This document shows positions 58,261 to 59,939 of a DNA stretch of 59,939 bases, piece by piece; the first letter of the stretch is position 1, and each line of letters begins with the position of its first letter. The position numbers were made by a program, and so were the translations under genes. Origin of the DNA: Nitrospira sp. (GTDB taxonomy: Bacteria; Nitrospirota; Nitrospiria; Nitrospirales; Nitrospiraceae). A model generated the notes under the pieces. The model made no database searches and was not told the origin of the DNA. It saw nothing but the letters and a program-made list of their open reading frames with translations. Location of the stretch: contig DASTSI010000216.1 of assembly GCA_035760745.1 (NCBI GenBank), forward strand, positions 1-59,939, read 5' to 3'.

Positions 58261-58652
58261 GTCCTCCCCTGATCCGTCTTCATGTCGCCAGGGCGGGGCG
58301 CCTCGTGACTTTTCGCCTCACCGGATCCGTTATCGGACGGGGGCGAGGAAAACTTGAGTCCGGTTTTACCCATCCATCCCTGTTGTTGCTCAATATACAT
58401 TTCGACCATGGCTCCGAGGCCGAAGCCGCCGGCCCGCGCAGAGACCCGTCCGATCTCCTGATCGTAGAAGCTATAGAACATCTGGCCGGCTTCGTTCTTG
58501 ACTAGGCCGGTATGCACGGTTTCTCTCATGGTTTTCAGGAGATAGGAAATGAAATACCCCTCGAACTCTTGCGCGGCCTCGCGGATTCTGGCCGCATCCG
58601 GCTGGACGAAGGTCCCGGCGGCAGGCCCCGGCGCGGCAGCGGGCGACACCAT
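58257..58652 (-). CDS. flgJ: FlgJ, rod-binding domain only
   Basis: AAQEFEGYF..LLKTMRETV, YDQE, GFGLG; no muramidase domain. Confidence 0.85.
   Translation of the reverse strand: MVSPAAAPGPAAGTFVQPDAARIREAAQEFEGYFISYLLKTMRETVHTGLVKNEAGQMFYSFYDQEIGRVSARAGGFGLGAMVEMYIEQQQGWMGKTGLKFSSPPSDNGSGEAKSHEAPRPGDMKTDQGRT
58330..58357 (-). promoter_or_regulatory. sigma-28-type internal promoter of flgM (within flgJ)
   Basis: TCAAG-N15-TCCGATAA. Confidence 0.8.
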
Positions 58653-59789
58653 TTATATGACCTCCAACGAAGCCTGAAGCGCGCCTGCCGCCTTCAGGGC
58701 GGAGAGGATCGCCACGAGGTCCCTCGGGGTCACCCCCACCGCATTGAGCGCCTTCACCACTTCTCCGAGCGTGACGGTCTCATCGACCACGACCAGCCGC
58801 GCCTCCTGCTCTTTCACGTCCGTCTGGACGTCGGGGGTCACTGTGGTTTGTCCCCCCGTGGACCCGATCAACGGAGCCGGTGGCTGCGACACGTTGAGCG
58901 TGTTCTTCACGGAGATCGTCAGGTTGCCGTGCGAAATCGCGCAGGTCGAAATCCGAACATGCTCGCCAAGCACGACCGTGCCGGTCCGCTCGTTGACCAC
59001 CACCTTGGCCGGAGCATCGACTGCGACGTCGAGACCTTCCATCGTCGCGATGTATTCAACCACTCGTCCCTGAAACCCGGCCGGGATGGAAGATTTGATC
59101 AACCCCGCGTTCACGGGCACCGCGGTCCCCTTTCCAAAGACGTGGTCGATGGCCTCGGCGGCGCGGATCGACGTCGTGAAATCGGCCTGACGGAGGAGAA
59201 TCGAGACGGAGTCCCAATTATCGATGTTGACAACCACTTCTTTTTCCACCACCGCTCCGCCCGGGACCACGCCAGCCGCTTGATGGTTCTTCGCCACCGT
59301 CGCACCGCCGGGCCCTCCTACGCCTCCGAGGAAGCCTCCGATGGACACCGGGCCCTGCGCGACGGCGTATACCTGCTGGTTGGGAGCCTTCAACGGCGTG
59401 AGCAGCAATGTGCCGCCCTGCAGACTTTTGGCGTTTGCCATGGACGAGACCACGACGTCGAGCGTCATCCCCGGTTTCGTGAAGGCCGGCAGCTTGGCGG
59501 TGACCATGACCGAGGCAATGTTTCTGGTCAGCAATTGAATCGGATCGATCACCAGGTTGATGCCCATCTTGTTCAGCATGGACATCATCGCTTGGATCGT
59601 GAACTGACCGCCGATCACCTGATCGCCGGTCCGGTCCAGCCCCACCACCAGGCCGTAGCCGATCAGTTGATTGTCGCGGACGCCTTCGATGGCGCCGATG
59701 TCCTTGATGCGCACGGCTTCAGCGGGGCACGACCAGCCGAGGATCGCCAGCGTAAGGACGACGGAAGCAGCTACGGTTGCTCGGGTCAT
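58653..59789 (-). CDS. flgI: flagellar P-ring protein FlgI
   Basis: Signal peptide, RIKDI..GVRDNQLIGYGLVVGL, SLQGGTLL, VVNERTGTVV; alternative start 59807. Confidence 0.96.
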   Translation of the reverse strand: MTRATVAASVVLTLAILGWSCPAEAVRIKDIGAIEGVRDNQLIGYGLVVGLDRTGDQVIGGQFTIQAMMSMLNKMGINLVIDPIQLLTRNIASVMVTAKLPAFTKPGMTLDVVVSSMANAKSLQGGTLLLTPLKAPNQQVYAVAQGPVSIGGFLGGVGGPGGATVAKNHQAAGVVPGGAVVEKEVVVNIDNWDSVSILLRQADFTTSIRAAEAIDHVFGKGTAVPVNAGLIKSSIPAGFQGRVVEYIATMEGLDVAVDAPAKVVVNERTGTVVLGEHVRISTCAISHGNLTISVKNTLNVSQPPAPLIGSTGGQTTVTPDVQTDVKEQEARLVVVDETVTLGEVVKALNAVGVTPRDLVAILSALKAAGALQASLEVI

Positions 59790-59939
59790 CTCGTCTCCCT
59801 GCTTCATTCAGTCATGGATTCCAATGAACCGGCCCAGCGCCTTCATCGTCCGGCGGCTCATGCTCTCGATCGACGGCCCGAAGCAGCATTCCTCGCGGCC
59901 TCGATCCCGCAAGGGGACGAAATAGGCCCGTCGAGGCGG

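Noticed and set aside
59810-59939. c-di-GMP riboswitch upstream of flgI
   Set aside because: Conserved class I/II features were not recognised
11249-59939. Motility cluster as a horizontally acquired island
   Set aside because: It looks somewhat more GC-rich by eye, but this was not computed, and there are no mobility genes or boundary repeats
1-59939. CRISPR array, tRNA, rRNA or IS element
   Set aside because: No spaced repeats, cloverleaf, rRNA-like or transposase sequence recognised by manual reading

Overview
High-GC bacterial chromosomal segment. Gene content and protein style suggest Nitrospira/Nitrospirota, which is an inference and not proven. Bases 1-11.2 kb are housekeeping: M16 peptidase end, larE-like gene, an F0-only atp operon (atpZ/I-atpB-atpE-atpF), a pabB-like/class IV aminotransferase pair, a lytic transglycosylase, nadB, a 31-aa AURKAIP1/COX24 (bS22-like) ORF missing from the ORF track, and an MsbA-like exporter. 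Bases 11.2-59.9 kb form a motility super-cluster. It holds a decayed REC-HDOD gene and a partner-switch module (HATPase kinase, 2 STAS, REC-PP2C, Hpt) at the end of the chemotaxis/motor operon HTH-cheR-Y-Z-A-V-B-mcp-W-motAB. It continues with a FlhG-like ATPase, fliC-flaG-fliD-fliS-fliT-like-PilZ, a ~14 kb putative flagellar glycosylation island, a c-di-GMP module (PilZ, two HD-GYP, hybrid kinase) and flgI-J-M-N-K-L-csrA-fliW. The most notable features are: an MshEN-like tandem motif in place of CheA P2; a heme-c (CxxCH) chemoreceptor; the HptB/HsbR/HsbA-like module; eight T(C/T)AA(G/C)-N14/15-NCCGA(T/C)A sigma-28-type promoters, six of them in divergent pairs; CsrA-type hairpins in the fliC and csrA leaders; and nested domains shared by FlgK and FlgL. 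No rRNA, tRNA, CRISPR array or transposase was recognised.
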